Counted from the stretch's first letter, positions 1-11,129 are shown. The stretch: 64,000 nt of DNA from an uncultured Methanosarcinaceae archaeon (GCA_963727895.1 CAVSHT010000007.1:64001-128000), one strand, 5' to 3'. Numbers and translations: made by a program. The notes: generated by a model not told the origin, from the sequence alone.

Positions 1-12
1 TCTGAAGAAAAC

Positions 13-1206
13 ATGTTTTATGTCCAGGCTTGTGATCAGGAGCTACTGGAAAAAGGAGAGTCAGGTGGTGCTATTTCAGCCCTACTTAAGTTTGCACTGG
101 AAAGCGGAAATGTAGATGCAGTACTTGGTGTCAAAAAAGGAGCTGATATTTATGATGTTGTACCGGTACTAATTACGGATCCGGCAGAAATTTCGGAAAT
201 TTCAGGTTCCTTACATTTTGGGACTCTTCTTTTATCCAGGCTTTTCAGTAGGTACCTTGAGGGAGTAGAGAACTTAAAAATTGCAGTTGCTCTGAAGGGA
301 TGCGATGTCATGGGGCTTTATGAACTTGCAAAGCGGGGAGAAGTCAAGCTGGAAAATATTCTCATGATTGGGTTAAACTGTGGAGGTACAATCAGTTCCG
401 AGATGGCAAGGAAAATGATTGTAGAAAAATTTGAAGTTAATCCTGATCTGGTTAAAAAGGAAAGGATTGCTAAAGGAAAGTTTATCGTTGAAACTTCTGA
501 AGGAGAGTTTTCTATTCCCATAGACAAGCTGGAAGAGGAAAACTTAGGAAGAAGAAGCAACTGCAGGCGCTGCAAGCTGAAAATCCCTCGACAGGCTGAC
601 CTTGCCTGCGGGGAATGGGGTGTAATGGGCACAGAAGCAACCTTTGTAGAAGTATGCAGTGCAAAAGGTGCAGAAATACTTGAGCAGGCAAAGGCCGCAG
701 GCGTGGTTGAGACATTTATCCCTGTCCCGAAAGGACTGGAGATCAGAGGGAAGATCGAAAAGTCAATGCTAAACCTTTCCGAGAATGGAAGAACTAAAGA
801 TTTTCAGTCTTTAGGGGAAGGAAAAAACCGCCTGAGACAGCTAATAAACGAGACTTCACGCTGTATTAAGTGCTATAGCTGTATTGAAGTATGTCCTGCC
901 CTGTCCGGGGCAAAAGTATCAGATTTTACTGTAGACACCCCGGGAAAAATTCCTCCTTCCTTTGCCTTTCATGCACTACGTTATTCTCTTGTTGCAGATT
1001 CCTGTATCAACTGCGGACAATGCGAAGAACTCTGTCCAATGGAGATCCCAAATGCTCTTTTTATGCATTCTTTTGCCGTAGAATTTCAGGAACTTTACGG
1101 CTATCAGGCAGGTAAGGATCTCTCAGTCCCAAATATATCGCCACTGGAAATTTTCCTGCGGGAAGAAAATCGAGAAAATGGAAGTAGAAAACGATTGTGT
1201 AAATAA
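13..1206 (+). CDS. fdhB: F420-dependent formate dehydrogenase beta subunit (FrhB/FdhB family with C-terminal 4Fe-4S dicluster)
   Basis: GESGGAISALL N-terminal motif, GLNCGG, RRSNCRRC...ADLACGEWG, and two CxxCxxCxxxCP ferredoxin motifs. Confidence 0.85.
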   Translation: MFYVQACDQELLEKGESGGAISALLKFALESGNVDAVLGVKKGADIYDVVPVLITDPAEISEISGSLHFGTLLLSRLFSRYLEGVENLKIAVALKGCDVMGLYELAKRGEVKLENILMIGLNCGGTISSEMARKMIVEKFEVNPDLVKKERIAKGKFIVETSEGEFSIPIDKLEEENLGRRSNCRRCKLKIPRQADLACGEWGVMGTEATFVEVCSAKGAEILEQAKAAGVVETFIPVPKGLEIRGKIEKSMLNLSENGRTKDFQSLGEGKNRLRQLINETSRCIKCYSCIEVCPALSGAKVSDFTVDTPGKIPPSFAFHALRYSLVADSCINCGQCEELCPMEIPNALFMHSFAVEFQELYGYQAGKDLSVPNISPLEIFLREENRENGSRKRLCK

Positions 1207-1258
1207 TAAAAACATTATCTGATGATTGATAGTCAAATTGGAAAAAAGAAAAATAAAT

Positions 1259-1997
1259 GGTATTGATACTTAAATATAGTTATATACTATTAGAAAGTAT
1301 ATTTCTGCATGAACTGCCCCAGATGCAATAGTTCCAGTCACAAAAAGAATGGTATAGTTGGCGGGCGTCAACGGTACAAATGCTCTGATTGTGGCTATAA
1401 CTATACGGTAGAGCTAAAATCAACTGCTTTTTCCGCTTCTGTAAAAAGACAGGCTTTACAACTTTACCTTGAAGGATTGGGCTTTCGCTCAATAGGGCGG
1501 TTTCAGGGGTAAGTCACGTTTCTGTCCAAAAATGGATCAAGAAATTTGGTCAAGAGTTAGAGGCTCTAAAAAGCGAAAATGAGATATCTATTGTTGAAAT
1601 GGATGAGATGCACACTTACATCGGTAACAAAAAAAATATTGCTGGATCTGGATTGCTGTTGATAGAGTTGGAAAAAAGTTCATCAACTGCTCTTTTGGCA
1701 TCAGAGGAACGGAAACTGGAAAACTACTCTGGGAAAAATTGAAGAAAAAAGAGATTGGAGAAGTGATGACAGACCACTGGAGAGCATATGCAGAGTTTCT
1801 TCCAGAAAAGATCCATACTCAATCCAAAGCAAAAACGTATACTGTTAAGGGATATAACAGCATATTGAGGCACTTTTTAGCAAGATTGAGAAGAAAGACA
1901 AAGTGTTATACGAAGAGTCTTGAAATGCTAAAGTACTCGGTTATTCTATTGATGAAATACAGAAATAAAGAGTTAATTATGTTTAGTTAACAATACC
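1259..1997 (+). mobile_element. IS1-family element, copy 1 (frameshifted in insA)
   Basis: Ends GGTATTG...CAATACC; InsA zinc finger MNCPRC...YKCSDCG; A8 slippery site; InsB DDE part (DEMHTY, TDHWRAY). The two flanks do not match each other. Confidence 0.95.
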
Positions 1998-2180
1998 AAT
2001 TTTGATCCTTGCGTCTAGAAAAGTATCGTCTATTGATTCTTCAACTTCATCAAATCCACAGATATCCTTATTTAACAGAACTTCCTTCATTGCGAGAGCA
2101 TCATCTACTGCAAACCTCAGTTCTTTATCAGAATTTGGATAATTATTTCCAATAACGAGCCCGACTCTTTTATCAGTCAT
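1998..2180 (-). pseudogene. N-terminal half of a caspase-family (peptidase C14) gene, cut by IS1
   Basis: MTDKRVGLVIGNNY...LRFAVDDALAMKEVL is the typical C14 N-terminus; it ends at the IS1 right end and continues in frame at 54440. Confidence 0.9.
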
Positions 2181-2197
2181 GATGTTAATATATTGTA

Positions 2198-2626
2198 TTA
2201 TTTTTCAGAATGCATGAAAGAATTCAAGCCTTCACAGATTGATAACTGCGGGTTTTCTTCAAAGAATTCAGACAATTTTGTAAGAGACAGTTTAGAAATC
2301 TCAATCGTGCTTCCGTCAGAGCATTTCATTTCAATTTCAGCAGTTGGCCTGTATTCGAGCCATGTTTTCATTGCTTCAATAATTATCTCTGCAAAAACTT
2401 TTCCTGTGATGCCAAAAACTGCAAGTGTACTGAAAACAGTTGATATATCGGATCTTTCTTCTTCAGAAGAATTAGACGTTAAAGGTTCTATCCAACCATC
2501 AGGTAGATTCTTGCAAATTGAACCGTAAAACTGACAGCACTGTTCCTGCCAGTGTTCCGAAGAAACATCAATGTCTCCAGACGTAAGTACAATAGAAAAA
2601 TTAGACTTATCAAGAACTTGCTGTAT
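2198..2626 (-). CDS. EACC1-like (effector-associated constant component 1) small membrane protein; start codon appears mutated to ATA
   Basis: Open frame of 142 codons missing from the ORF track: IQQVLDKSNFSIVLTSGD...STVFSTLAVFGITGKVFAEIIIEAMKTWLEYRPTAEIEMKCSDGSTIEISKLS...; GGTGGT RBS just upstream of ATA; stops 17 bp before the caspase ATG. Confidence 0.7.
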   Translation of the reverse strand: MQQVLDKSNFSIVLTSGDIDVSSEHWQEQCCQFYGSICKNLPDGWIEPLTSNSSEEERSDISTVFSTLAVFGITGKVFAEIIIEAMKTWLEYRPTAEIEMKCSDGSTIEISKLSLTKLSEFFEENPQLSICEGLNSFMHSEK

Positions 2627-2804
2627 ACTACCACCAACGATTTTACAATCGAAAATTACACTATCGAAAACTTATATTTCTTGAGAGAATATATGGTTTA
2701 CGATATTTATTAAATCTTTATTTACTAAACAAAAATATTCAAGACAAAATATCAACTAGCTACTAATAAAAGCTTAAAAAAGAAGGAAATTACGATTCCT
2801 TTAA

Positions 2805-3710
2805 TTACAGTTCCCTTAATAAGCGAAATCCAAGGTTGGCGAAACAACTTCCAGATTCACGCTTAAAGCGACTAGCTGAACGGCAGAATTCCATATCGCA
2901 GAGCCAGCTACATCCACGAGAAATCCGATAGAAGCTATTTCCTTCATCCCATGCACTCCCATCCAAAGGAGCTCCATTGTAGTTGTTATGCCACACATCT
3001 TGTACCCATTCCCATACATTTCCATGAATGTCATAAAGTCCCCAGGGATTTGGTTTCTTACAGCCAATTACGTGAGTTTCATCACCTGAATTTCCAGCAT
3101 GCCAGACGTAGTCATTGAGTTTTGACGTGTCCTCACCAAAGAAACATCTTGTTTGTGTGCCTGCCCGGCAGGCGTATTCCCATTCAGCTTCGGAAGGTAA
3201 GCGGTATTTGTCAGTTCCTTCTTTCTCATTCAACTTTGTGATAAACTCCTGAACATCTTTCCAGGAAATCATCTCAACAGGGTGATCTTCACCTTTGCAA
3301 TACGAAGGATTGTTACCCATTATCTTTTTCCACTGTCTTTGCGTGACAGCTGATCTGCCTAGATAAAAATAGTTTTGAATTGTTACATTGTGGACCGGAA
3401 ATTCAGCATCTGATCTGTCCATCTCTTCAGAAGGTGATCCCATCTCAAATTTCCCAGCAGGAATAAGTACAAATTTCATACCTGTAAAAGGACTAGTAAA
3501 CGTTTCAATATCGTCAGGATTATCATCCATTGAAATAATAGATGACTCTTCAGTTTCTTCTTTTTTCAGGTAGTATCGAATTGTATTAATATAACTCTTA
3601 ATGCCAAATTTATTTCCCAAAAGCCCCACCCCTAAGATATTATAATTGTCTCCTAGTTTAGACATATCACTTATTATATTTAGACAGTATATGTAAAATT
3701 TTATTTTCAA
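2805..3710 (-). CDS. FGE-sulfatase / C-type lectin-fold domain protein (true start may be the ATG at 3530)
   Basis: MKFVLIPAGKFEMGS, YRLPSEAEWEYACRAG, PNPWGLYDIHGNVWEWVQD, RG.SW...CRSA.R...LGFRL. Confidence 0.9.
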   Translation of the reverse strand: MKIKFYIYCLNIISDMSKLGDNYNILGVGLLGNKFGIKSYINTIRYYLKKEETEESSIISMDDNPDDIETFTSPFTGMKFVLIPAGKFEMGSPSEEMDRSDAEFPVHNVTIQNYFYLGRSAVTQRQWKKIMGNNPSYCKGEDHPVEMISWKDVQEFITKLNEKEGTDKYRLPSEAEWEYACRAGTQTRCFFGEDTSKLNDYVWHAGNSGDETHVIGCKKPNPWGLYDIHGNVWEWVQDVWHNNYNGAPLDGSAWDEGNSFYRISRGCSWLCDMEFCRSASRFKRESGSCFANLGFRLLREL

Positions 3711-3846
3711 TCCTTACTTGTAATTTTTGGTTCCAGTTTTATTAAGAATCTATAACTCTATAGCATTTATCGTTGTTCAGTTAAAATTAAACTTTACTGC
3801 AATAAAAGACCTTGACAATAAGTATCTATTTCATTGTAATAAAAAG

Positions 3847-4592
3847 GGCATTGTTACTTAACTAGATCTAGTTCTTTATTTCTGTATTTCATCAATAGAA
3901 TAACGAGTACTTTAGCATTTCAAGACTCTTCGTATAACACTTTGTCTTTCTTCTCAATCTTGCTAAAAAGTGCCTCAATATGCTGTTATATCCCTTAACA
4001 GTATACGTTTTTGCTTTGGATTGAGTATGGATCTTTTCTGGAAGAAACTCTGCATATGCTCTCCAGTGGTCTGTCATCACTTCTCCAATCTCTTTTTTCT
4101 TCAATTTTTCCCAGAGTAGTTTTCCAGTTTCCGTTCCTCTGATGCCAAAAGAGCAGTTGATGAACTTTTTTCCAACTCTATCAACAGCAATCCAGATCCA
4201 GCAATATTTTTTTTGTTACCGATGTAAGTGTGCATCTCATCCATTTCAACAATAGATATCTCATTTTCGCTTTTTAGAGCCTCTAACTCTTGACCAAATT
4301 TCTTTATCCATTTTTGGACAGAAACGTGACTTACCCCTAAAAACCGCCCTATTGAGCGAAAGCCCAATCCTTCAAGATAGAGTTGTAAAGCCTGTCTTTT
4401 AACAGAAGCGGAAAAAGCAGTTGATTTTAGCTCTACTGTATAGTTATAGCCACAATCATGGATCATGGCATTTGTAGCGTTGACGCCCACCAACTATACC
4501 GTTCTTTTTGTGACTGGAACTATTGCATCTGGGGCGGTTCATGAAGAAATATACTTTCTAATAGTATATAACTATGTTTAAGTATCAATGTC
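3847..4592 (-). mobile_element. IS1-family element, copy 2
   Basis: Terminal IRs; 8-bp TSD ATAAAAAG (3839-3846 / 4593-4600); internal 7-bp duplication ATCATGG disrupts insA. Confidence 0.95.
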
Positions 4593-4715
4593 ATAAAAAG
4601 AATTACTTGAACTCAAACTAATTGTTATACGTTTTTAAAAAAACTCATATAACCAAAAGTAAAATATGAGATTGATTTATCTTAGGAAAATAACCAAACC
4701 TCATACTCAATCACT

Positions 4716-4945
4716 GATCAAAATCAGTGAATCAAAATATGATCAATCCATAATACCAAAATCCTGATTTAAGTTACTAAACTAAATCCAAGATAAAAGT
4801 CGTTATAATAGATCACGATTTAAATCATTAGATCAAAATCAGTGAATCAAAATATGATCAATCCATAATACCAAAATCCTGATTTAAGTTACTAAACTAA
4901 ATCCAAGATAAAAGTCGTTATAATAGATCACGATTTAAATCATTA
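4716..4945. repeat. Perfect 115-bp tandem duplication upstream of priS
   Basis: GATCAAAATCAGTG...TAAATCATTA at 4716-4830 and 4831-4945. Confidence 0.9.
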
Positions 4946-5044
4946 AACTGAAACTCGATCAAAATAAGTTCCTATTAGAATACTTTTGTTGAAATTCAAT
5001 CAAATTTCTAAATTAAGATCCAAAACTTCAAAAGCCCTATATCC

Positions 5045-6295
5045 ATGGACAATCGAACCGCCCGTTTTTTGAAAAGTCGCTTCCAAAAATATTACAAAAA
5101 TGCCGAAATAGGTCTCCCTGACCATCTGCCTAACAGAGAATGGGCTTTTATTTTCTATGACGATATGCCTGAAAAAATGATGCATAGGCACAAGGCCTTT
5201 GGCTCACCCGGAGAAGCTCTTGATTACCTTTACGGCATGGCTCCTGCTCACGTTTATAATTCAACTGCTTATTATGAATATCCTGATGCTAGAAAGATGA
5301 ATGAGAAGAACTGGCTTGGAGCAGAATTGATTTTTGACCTGGATGCCGATCACCTTCCAGATGCTCCGAAGAATTATGCAGATATGCTTGAGCTTGTAAA
5401 AAAAGAGGCTTTCAAACTAATGGATTTTCTGTTAGATGATTTTGGATTCTTGGAGCAAGAAATCGAACTGGTGTTTTCCGGGGGAAGAGGATATCATTTT
5501 CATATTCATAATCCAAAAGTTTTGGCACTTGGGAGCGCCGAAAGAAGAGAAATCGTAAATTATATCAGCGGAAGAGATATGGAAGTTAAGTATCTATTCA
5601 AAAAAGTTCCCATGAGTGGAGATGTAGGGACGGGTTCTACTGGTTTTTATGATAAAGTAAGGAACGTTCCACTAAAATGGGAAATCAGGGATTTCGATAG
5701 TGGATGGGGAAAAAGATTTGCAAATTACTTAGTTGAATATCTAAAAACAGAGATTTTTACTAAAAAGTACAAAAAAGATATGTTTAACGAATTAAAGATA
5801 GATTTAGAATTGGGCAGTAGTTCGATAAAAACATTGATAAAATTAGCATCCAATGAAAATGCCTTAAATGATATATTGACACGAGGACGCTTAGATTTTC
5901 CCGGAAAAGATTTTAAGAGGGTTTCTGAATATATTATGAGACAATCCATTGAAAAATCCGGTATCAACTTTGGAGCCAGTGTTGACGAACCTGTAACTGC
6001 AGACATTAAACGCTTGATAAGAGTACCGGGTTCATTGCATGGCGGATCAGGAATGATGGTTAAGAAACTTGCTTTATCTGAATTAGAAAAGTTTGATCCG
6101 CTTACTGATGCCGTTGTCTTTGGTGAAAGGTCAGTAAAAATAACAGTCTCAAAACCTTTTTCGATACAATTAAAGGGCAAGGATTTAAGTGTAGAAGAAG
6201 GCATACAGGAAGTTTCTGAGTATGCGGCAGTGTATCTAATTTGCAGAGGTGTTGCGGAGTATGGATATAGAAAAAATCAGCCAAATATTGCTTAA
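5045..6295 (+). CDS. priS: DNA primase catalytic small subunit
   Basis: REWAF, ELIFDLDAD, VFSGGRGYH, VDEPVTADIKRLIRVPGSLH motifs. Confidence 0.95.
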   Translation: MDNRTARFLKSRFQKYYKNAEIGLPDHLPNREWAFIFYDDMPEKMMHRHKAFGSPGEALDYLYGMAPAHVYNSTAYYEYPDARKMNEKNWLGAELIFDLDADHLPDAPKNYADMLELVKKEAFKLMDFLLDDFGFLEQEIELVFSGGRGYHFHIHNPKVLALGSAERREIVNYISGRDMEVKYLFKKVPMSGDVGTGSTGFYDKVRNVPLKWEIRDFDSGWGKRFANYLVEYLKTEIFTKKYKKDMFNELKIDLELGSSSIKTLIKLASNENALNDILTRGRLDFPGKDFKRVSEYIMRQSIEKSGINFGASVDEPVTADIKRLIRVPGSLHGGSGMMVKKLALSELEKFDPLTDAVVFGERSVKITVSKPFSIQLKGKDLSVEEGIQEVSEYAAVYLICRGVAEYGYRKNQPNIA

Positions 6296-6986
6296 GGAAG
6301 AAAAACAGAAATTAAAGACGATTCCAGCTGATTTTTATCAAGAATCTGAAAAATATATCCGGGAGCTTGAAGAGGATATAAAGAAAATCAACAATTCCCG
6401 TTCTACTGAATTTAAGATTCTCCGTGACGAGCATGAAGGAGCTCTTTCAGCCCTTGAAACCATCTTCATGAAGCGGATAGGAAAAGTTATTGAAATGGCA
6501 ACATTTCAGTCTCATGCGGATAAACCTATTTCAAAGGATATCGAAAAGCTGCTTCCTGCTGAAAAAAAACTTTATGACCTTGTATTGGAAGGAATTAAAG
6601 CCGCAAAAACAGAATTATTAGGTCCTATTCTATATCCGGATTCCAAAAATATTGCAGTCTGGCCTGAAATTGCAACAGCGGAAAAGGGTTTTGCTGATTC
6701 AAGAAAAGAAACTGAGGCTAAAGAATCTGGGATTCCCTTTATTACAAATGGAGCGGAATCAAAAGTAGAGTTGGACAAAAAGCATATAAATGAGGAATAC
6801 GTTGTTGTTCGAATACTGAAGGATCTGCCGACCTTCACAGGCGCAGATGGTCGAAATTATACCGTTAGTGCCGAAGACGTCGTTGTTTTGCCGCAGCTTA
6901 ATGCTACAGGGCTGGTAAAACGAAACGCAACTAAACTTATTGCAGAACAGGAATCCGGAAAAGACTCATTTCCCGAAAAAAATTAA
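6261..6986 (+). CDS. GINS complex subunit (Gins51/Gins15-type)
   Basis: Overlaps the priS end; C-terminal B-domain VVVRILKDLPTFTGADGRNY...EDVVVLP. Confidence 0.8.
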   Translation: MDIEKISQILLKEEKQKLKTIPADFYQESEKYIRELEEDIKKINNSRSTEFKILRDEHEGALSALETIFMKRIGKVIEMATFQSHADKPISKDIEKLLPAEKKLYDLVLEGIKAAKTELLGPILYPDSKNIAVWPEIATAEKGFADSRKETEAKESGIPFITNGAESKVELDKKHINEEYVVVRILKDLPTFTGADGRNYTVSAEDVVVLPQLNATGLVKRNATKLIAEQESGKDSFPEKN

Positions 6987-7153
6987 TAGCTTAATTAATT
7001 TCCTGAGATTTACGGCTTATTTTAGCTTGAAAAAAAGAAGGCAGATTTTTAGGAACACAATAAATACGAACTAAGGCGAGAAAGCGTATCAGTTAATAGT
7101 ATGAGTATATATATTTGTAACTATATCTGTGTAGCTTACCTTGTTAATGTGCG

Positions 7154-7183
7154 CAAGCTTTTTAAAAAAGCTTGAGCAAAAAC
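7154..7183. repeat. Palindromic dispersed-repeat unit (same family as the 48.9-kb array)
   Basis: CAAGCTTTTT-A-AAAAAGCTTG perfect 10-bp inverted repeat followed by AGCAAAAAC. Confidence 0.55.
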
Positions 7184-7420
7184 TGATAATCTAATCTTTG
7201 ACCTCGATAGAAGGATACAAATCATGATATCGAAATATTAAGAGGTAAGAAATCTCAAGTTCATCAAATCAAAGGCTTTCCAAATATGATCTTCCCAGGA
7301 TCAAAACGCCATACATTACTTATATATGTAAAATGTTATGATTTAAAGTAAGCAATAGTATCTTTCGCAAAGGCGAGATAAGGTAAAATTGCAATACAAA
7401 TAACCATTAAAAAGGTGTAA

Positions 7421-7897
<477 letters not shown>

Positions 7898-7969
7898 TCG
7901 GATTGTTAAGAGCACTTTACAGCATTAGAGTAATAAGAAATAAAAAAGTAATATTAAGAAGTGGTGCGA

Positions 7970-8776
7970 ATGGGAAACGATAACTGGCCCGAAGTCGGAG
8001 AGTTTGTTGTATGTACTGTAAAGACCGTGACGGATTTCGGAGCCTATGTCGAGCTTGAGGAATTCGGAGGAAGGGAAGGTTTTATCCACATATCCGAAAT
8101 TAAAGCAGGCTGGGTCAAGTACGTCAGGGACTACGTAAGGGAAGGGCAGAAAATAGTCTGCAAGGTTCTTAATGTGGACCCTTCCCGCGGCCACATAGAC
8201 CTTTCATTGAAAGACGTAAACGATCACCAGCGGCGCGCTAAAATCCAGGACTGGAAAAATGAGCAAAAGGCTACCAAGTGGCTCCAGTTCGTGGCTGAAG
8301 AAACGAATGCCGATGAAAGTGACCTGCAAGATTTACACGAAAAACTCGTTGAAGAGTTTGGAAGTGCATATTCCGCCTTTGAAGAAGCTGCTATTGAAGG
8401 GGAGAAACCCTTCAAAGGGATTAAAGTCAATAAAAAGTACTTAAAGAGCATAATCAAAATCGCAGGCGAAAATATCAAACTGCCTTTTGTAGACATCGCA
8501 GGCTATGTAGATCTGACCTGTAACCTTCCAAACGGTATAGAAGTTATAAGGCAGGCTCTCAGTGCTGCAAATTCTATGGATGAAGTTGATGGAAAAGATA
8601 TCAGGCTCGAAATAAGTTATACTGGGGCGCCAAGATATCGGATTAAGGTAATTGCCCCAGATTATAAGAAAGCCGAATCAGTCCTGAAAAAATCCGCTCA
8701 GACAGCAGTCGATACAATTGCTAAACTTGGTGGACATGGGATCTTTAAGCGGCATATCGAATCAGCAAAGGCGTGA
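7970..8776 (+). CDS. eif2a: Translation initiation factor aIF2 alpha subunit
   Basis: S1 domain WPEVGEFVV...EGFIHISEI, GHIDLSLK, GAPRYRI. Confidence 0.95.
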   Translation: MGNDNWPEVGEFVVCTVKTVTDFGAYVELEEFGGREGFIHISEIKAGWVKYVRDYVREGQKIVCKVLNVDPSRGHIDLSLKDVNDHQRRAKIQDWKNEQKATKWLQFVAEETNADESDLQDLHEKLVEEFGSAYSAFEEAAIEGEKPFKGIKVNKKYLKSIIKIAGENIKLPFVDIAGYVDLTCNLPNGIEVIRQALSAANSMDEVDGKDIRLEISYTGAPRYRIKVIAPDYKKAESVLKKSAQTAVDTIAKLGGHGIFKRHIESAKA

Positions 8777-8782
8777 TACCCT

Positions 8783-8938
8783 TTGGGACAAAAGATCCGC
8801 AAATGCAAAAATTGTGGCAGGTACACTTTAAGGGAAATTTGCCCGGTATGTGGGGAAAAAGCTTTCTCGCCACATCCGGCTCGCTTTTCTCCTCATGACC
8901 CTTATGGAAAATACCGCAGAATGGCAAAGAAAGGATAA
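8783..8938 (+). CDS. nop10: H/ACA RNP protein Nop10
   Basis: Manual translation from TTG: MGQKIRKCKNCGRYTLREICPVCG...PHPARFSPHDPYGKYRR; conserved position after aIF2a. Confidence 0.92.
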   Translation: MGQKIRKCKNCGRYTLREICPVCGEKAFSPHPARFSPHDPYGKYRRMAKKG

Positions 8939-8947
8939 GGAATTGTT

Positions 8948-9721
8948 ATGCAGCAAAATACACTTGTCCGTCTGAAAGAAAATCTTGAGCTAAAAAAACC
9001 TATACTTGTAGTTGGACTTCCAGGAGTCGGACTTGTAGGCAAGCTAGTAGCCGAGCATCTAGTAGACGAGCTTGGGGCTGAGAAAATCATGGAAATTTAT
9101 TCGCCATATTTTCCTCCTCAGGTAATGGTCAATAAGGACTGTACGGTCCGACCAGTAAGCAATATAATATACTACGGGAAAGCAAAGGATAATGATATTC
9201 TTTTCCTTGTAGGAGATCATCAGAGTACAACTTCGCAGGGACATTACGAACTCTGTTCGCTTTATCTTGACATTGCAGAAGAATTCGGAGTAACTAGAAT
9301 TTACACGCTTGGAGGATATCCTACAGGCAAACTTACTTATGATGAAACAGTTCTGGGGGTCGCTAATAGTATGGAACTTATCGAAGAAATCAAAGAATAT
9401 GGAGTAGAATTCAGAGAATCCGAGCCCAGTGGAGGAATAGTTGGAGCTTCGGGTTTGCTTGTAGCTTTTAGCAAGATGCGAGGTATTGATGCTGTCTGCC
9501 TTATGGGTATGACTCCGGGATATATAATGGACCCAAAAAGTGCTCAATCCCTTTTAAAAATATTCTGCAATATTTTTGATATCGACGTGAATACCGAGTC
9601 CCTTGAGAAAAAAGCTGAGGAAATGGAGAGCATTCTGGAAAAGATAAAAGAAAAAGAAGAGCAGCAGCGCGCAATCCCGGAAATCAAACCTACCGAAGAA
9701 GATCTACGCTATATCGGATAA
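8948..9721 (+). CDS. Proteasome assembly chaperone (PAC2 family)
   Basis: GLPGVGLVGKL, IYTLGG, IVGASGLL; conserved synteny with nop10. Confidence 0.88.
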   Translation: MQQNTLVRLKENLELKKPILVVGLPGVGLVGKLVAEHLVDELGAEKIMEIYSPYFPPQVMVNKDCTVRPVSNIIYYGKAKDNDILFLVGDHQSTTSQGHYELCSLYLDIAEEFGVTRIYTLGGYPTGKLTYDETVLGVANSMELIEEIKEYGVEFRESEPSGGIVGASGLLVAFSKMRGIDAVCLMGMTPGYIMDPKSAQSLLKIFCNIFDIDVNTESLEKKAEEMESILEKIKEKEEQQRAIPEIKPTEEDLRYIG

Positions 9722-9788
9722 TAGATAATAACTGGATTATTAAAAACGAAGCTCTAAAATTAGAAGAGCTTCTAATAAAGGGAATGAA

Positions 9789-11129
9789 ATGAAAGTCAAT
9801 ACAGATCTCCATCTCCATTCAAAATATTCTATGGCATCTTCCAGAAAAATGGAACTGCCTATGATTGCCAGGGAGGCTTCAAAAAAAGGGATGGAATTGA
9901 TCGGTACTGCCGACTGCACTCACCCAAAGTGGATTGAAGAAATCAAAAAAGTAGCTGTTTCTGATGAAGAAATCCGTATAGACGACATTTATTTCATTCC
10001 TACTACCGAGATCGAAGATATAAAACGTGTACATCATCTGCTTATTTTACCTTCAATCTCAAAAGCTGAAGAGCTGGCTGAACGCATCGCTCCTTTCGGC
10101 AACCTTGAAGCCGATGGACGTCCTAGTATCAGACTGGATGGCAGTGAAATTGCAGAAATTGCAAAGGATCTCGGAGCGTTAATTGGCCCCTGCCATGCCT
10201 TTACCCCGTGGACAGCACTTTATGGTTATCATGACAGTCTGAAAAGTTGTTATGGAGATATGACAGACTATATTTCTGTTCTGGAGCTCGGTCTTAGTGC
10301 AGACAGTGATTACGCTGACCGAATAGAAGATCTGCACCGTCTGACTTTTCTTTCGAATTCCGATGCTCATTCTCCTTCTACCAATAAACTGGCAAGAGAA
10401 TTCACGCAGTTTGATGTTCCTGATCTTACCTTTGATGGCTTAAAAAAGGCTATTCTTAGAGAACAGGGATACAAAGCTACTCTGAATGTAGGTTTTTTTC
10501 CAGAAGAAGGAAAATACAACCGGTCAGCCTGTATTAAGTGTTTTGCACAATATACACTTACAGAAGCCATTAATTATAAATGGCGCTGTCCGATCTGCAA
10601 CGGTCTCATAAAAAAAGGTGTTTTTGACCTTATCAATGAGCTTGCAGATTTTAATGAACCAAAGCACCCTGAACACCGTCCTCCTTACCTTCACCTGATT
10701 CCTCTAGCTGAAATCATCCAGATGACACTTGGCCATTCAAGTGTTCAGACGAAAGGTGTGCAAATTGCCTGGAATAAACTGATAGAACGTTTTGGAAACG
10801 AGGTTGAAGCTCTTATTTATTCTGATCCTGAAGACCTGAAAATTGTGGGTGATGACAGGATAGTAAACGCAATCCTGGCTTTCAGAAAAGGTAATGTTAT
10901 AATTCATCCAGGTGGAGGAGGTCAGTATGGCTGGATTGAGCTGCCTGAAAACCTGAATGATGCCGAAAACCGAGACAATGGACAGCTTTCATTTGCAGAC
11001 CTTGAAAAGATAAAGCCCCAAAAAAAAAGTGGACTCGAAAAAAAGAGTGAAAAAAGACCTCGAAAGGATACAGAAAAAAAGGAAGAATTAGTCAACAGTG
11101 AAGGTCAGAGTTCACTTTTCGATTTTTAA
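9789..11129 (+). CDS. PHP-domain TIGR00375-type protein, endonuclease Q-like
   Basis: DLHLHSKYS, HAFTPW, ELGLSAD, SNSDAHS, EGKY..C..C, PGGGGQYG. Confidence 0.85.
   Translation: MKVNTDLHLHSKYSMASSRKMELPMIAREASKKGMELIGTADCTHPKWIEEIKKVAVSDEEIRIDDIYFIPTTEIEDIKRVHHLLILPSISKAEELAERIAPFGNLEADGRPSIRLDGSEIAEIAKDLGALIGPCHAFTPWTALYGYHDSLKSCYGDMTDYISVLELGLSADSDYADRIEDLHRLTFLSNSDAHSPSTNKLAREFTQFDVPDLTFDGLKKAILREQGYKATLNVGFFPEEGKYNRSACIKCFAQYTLTEAINYKWRCPICNGLIKKGVFDLINELADFNEPKHPEHRPPYLHLIPLAEIIQMTLGHSSVQTKGVQIAWNKLIERFGNEVEALIYSDPEDLKIVGDDRIVNAILAFRKGNVIIHPGGGGQYGWIELPENLNDAENRDNGQLSFADLEKIKPQKKSGLEKKSEKRPRKDTEKKEELVNSEGQSSLFDF

Noticed and set aside
2193..2528. 111-aa plus-strand ORF
   Set aside because: Antisense shadow of the minus-strand EACC1-like frame
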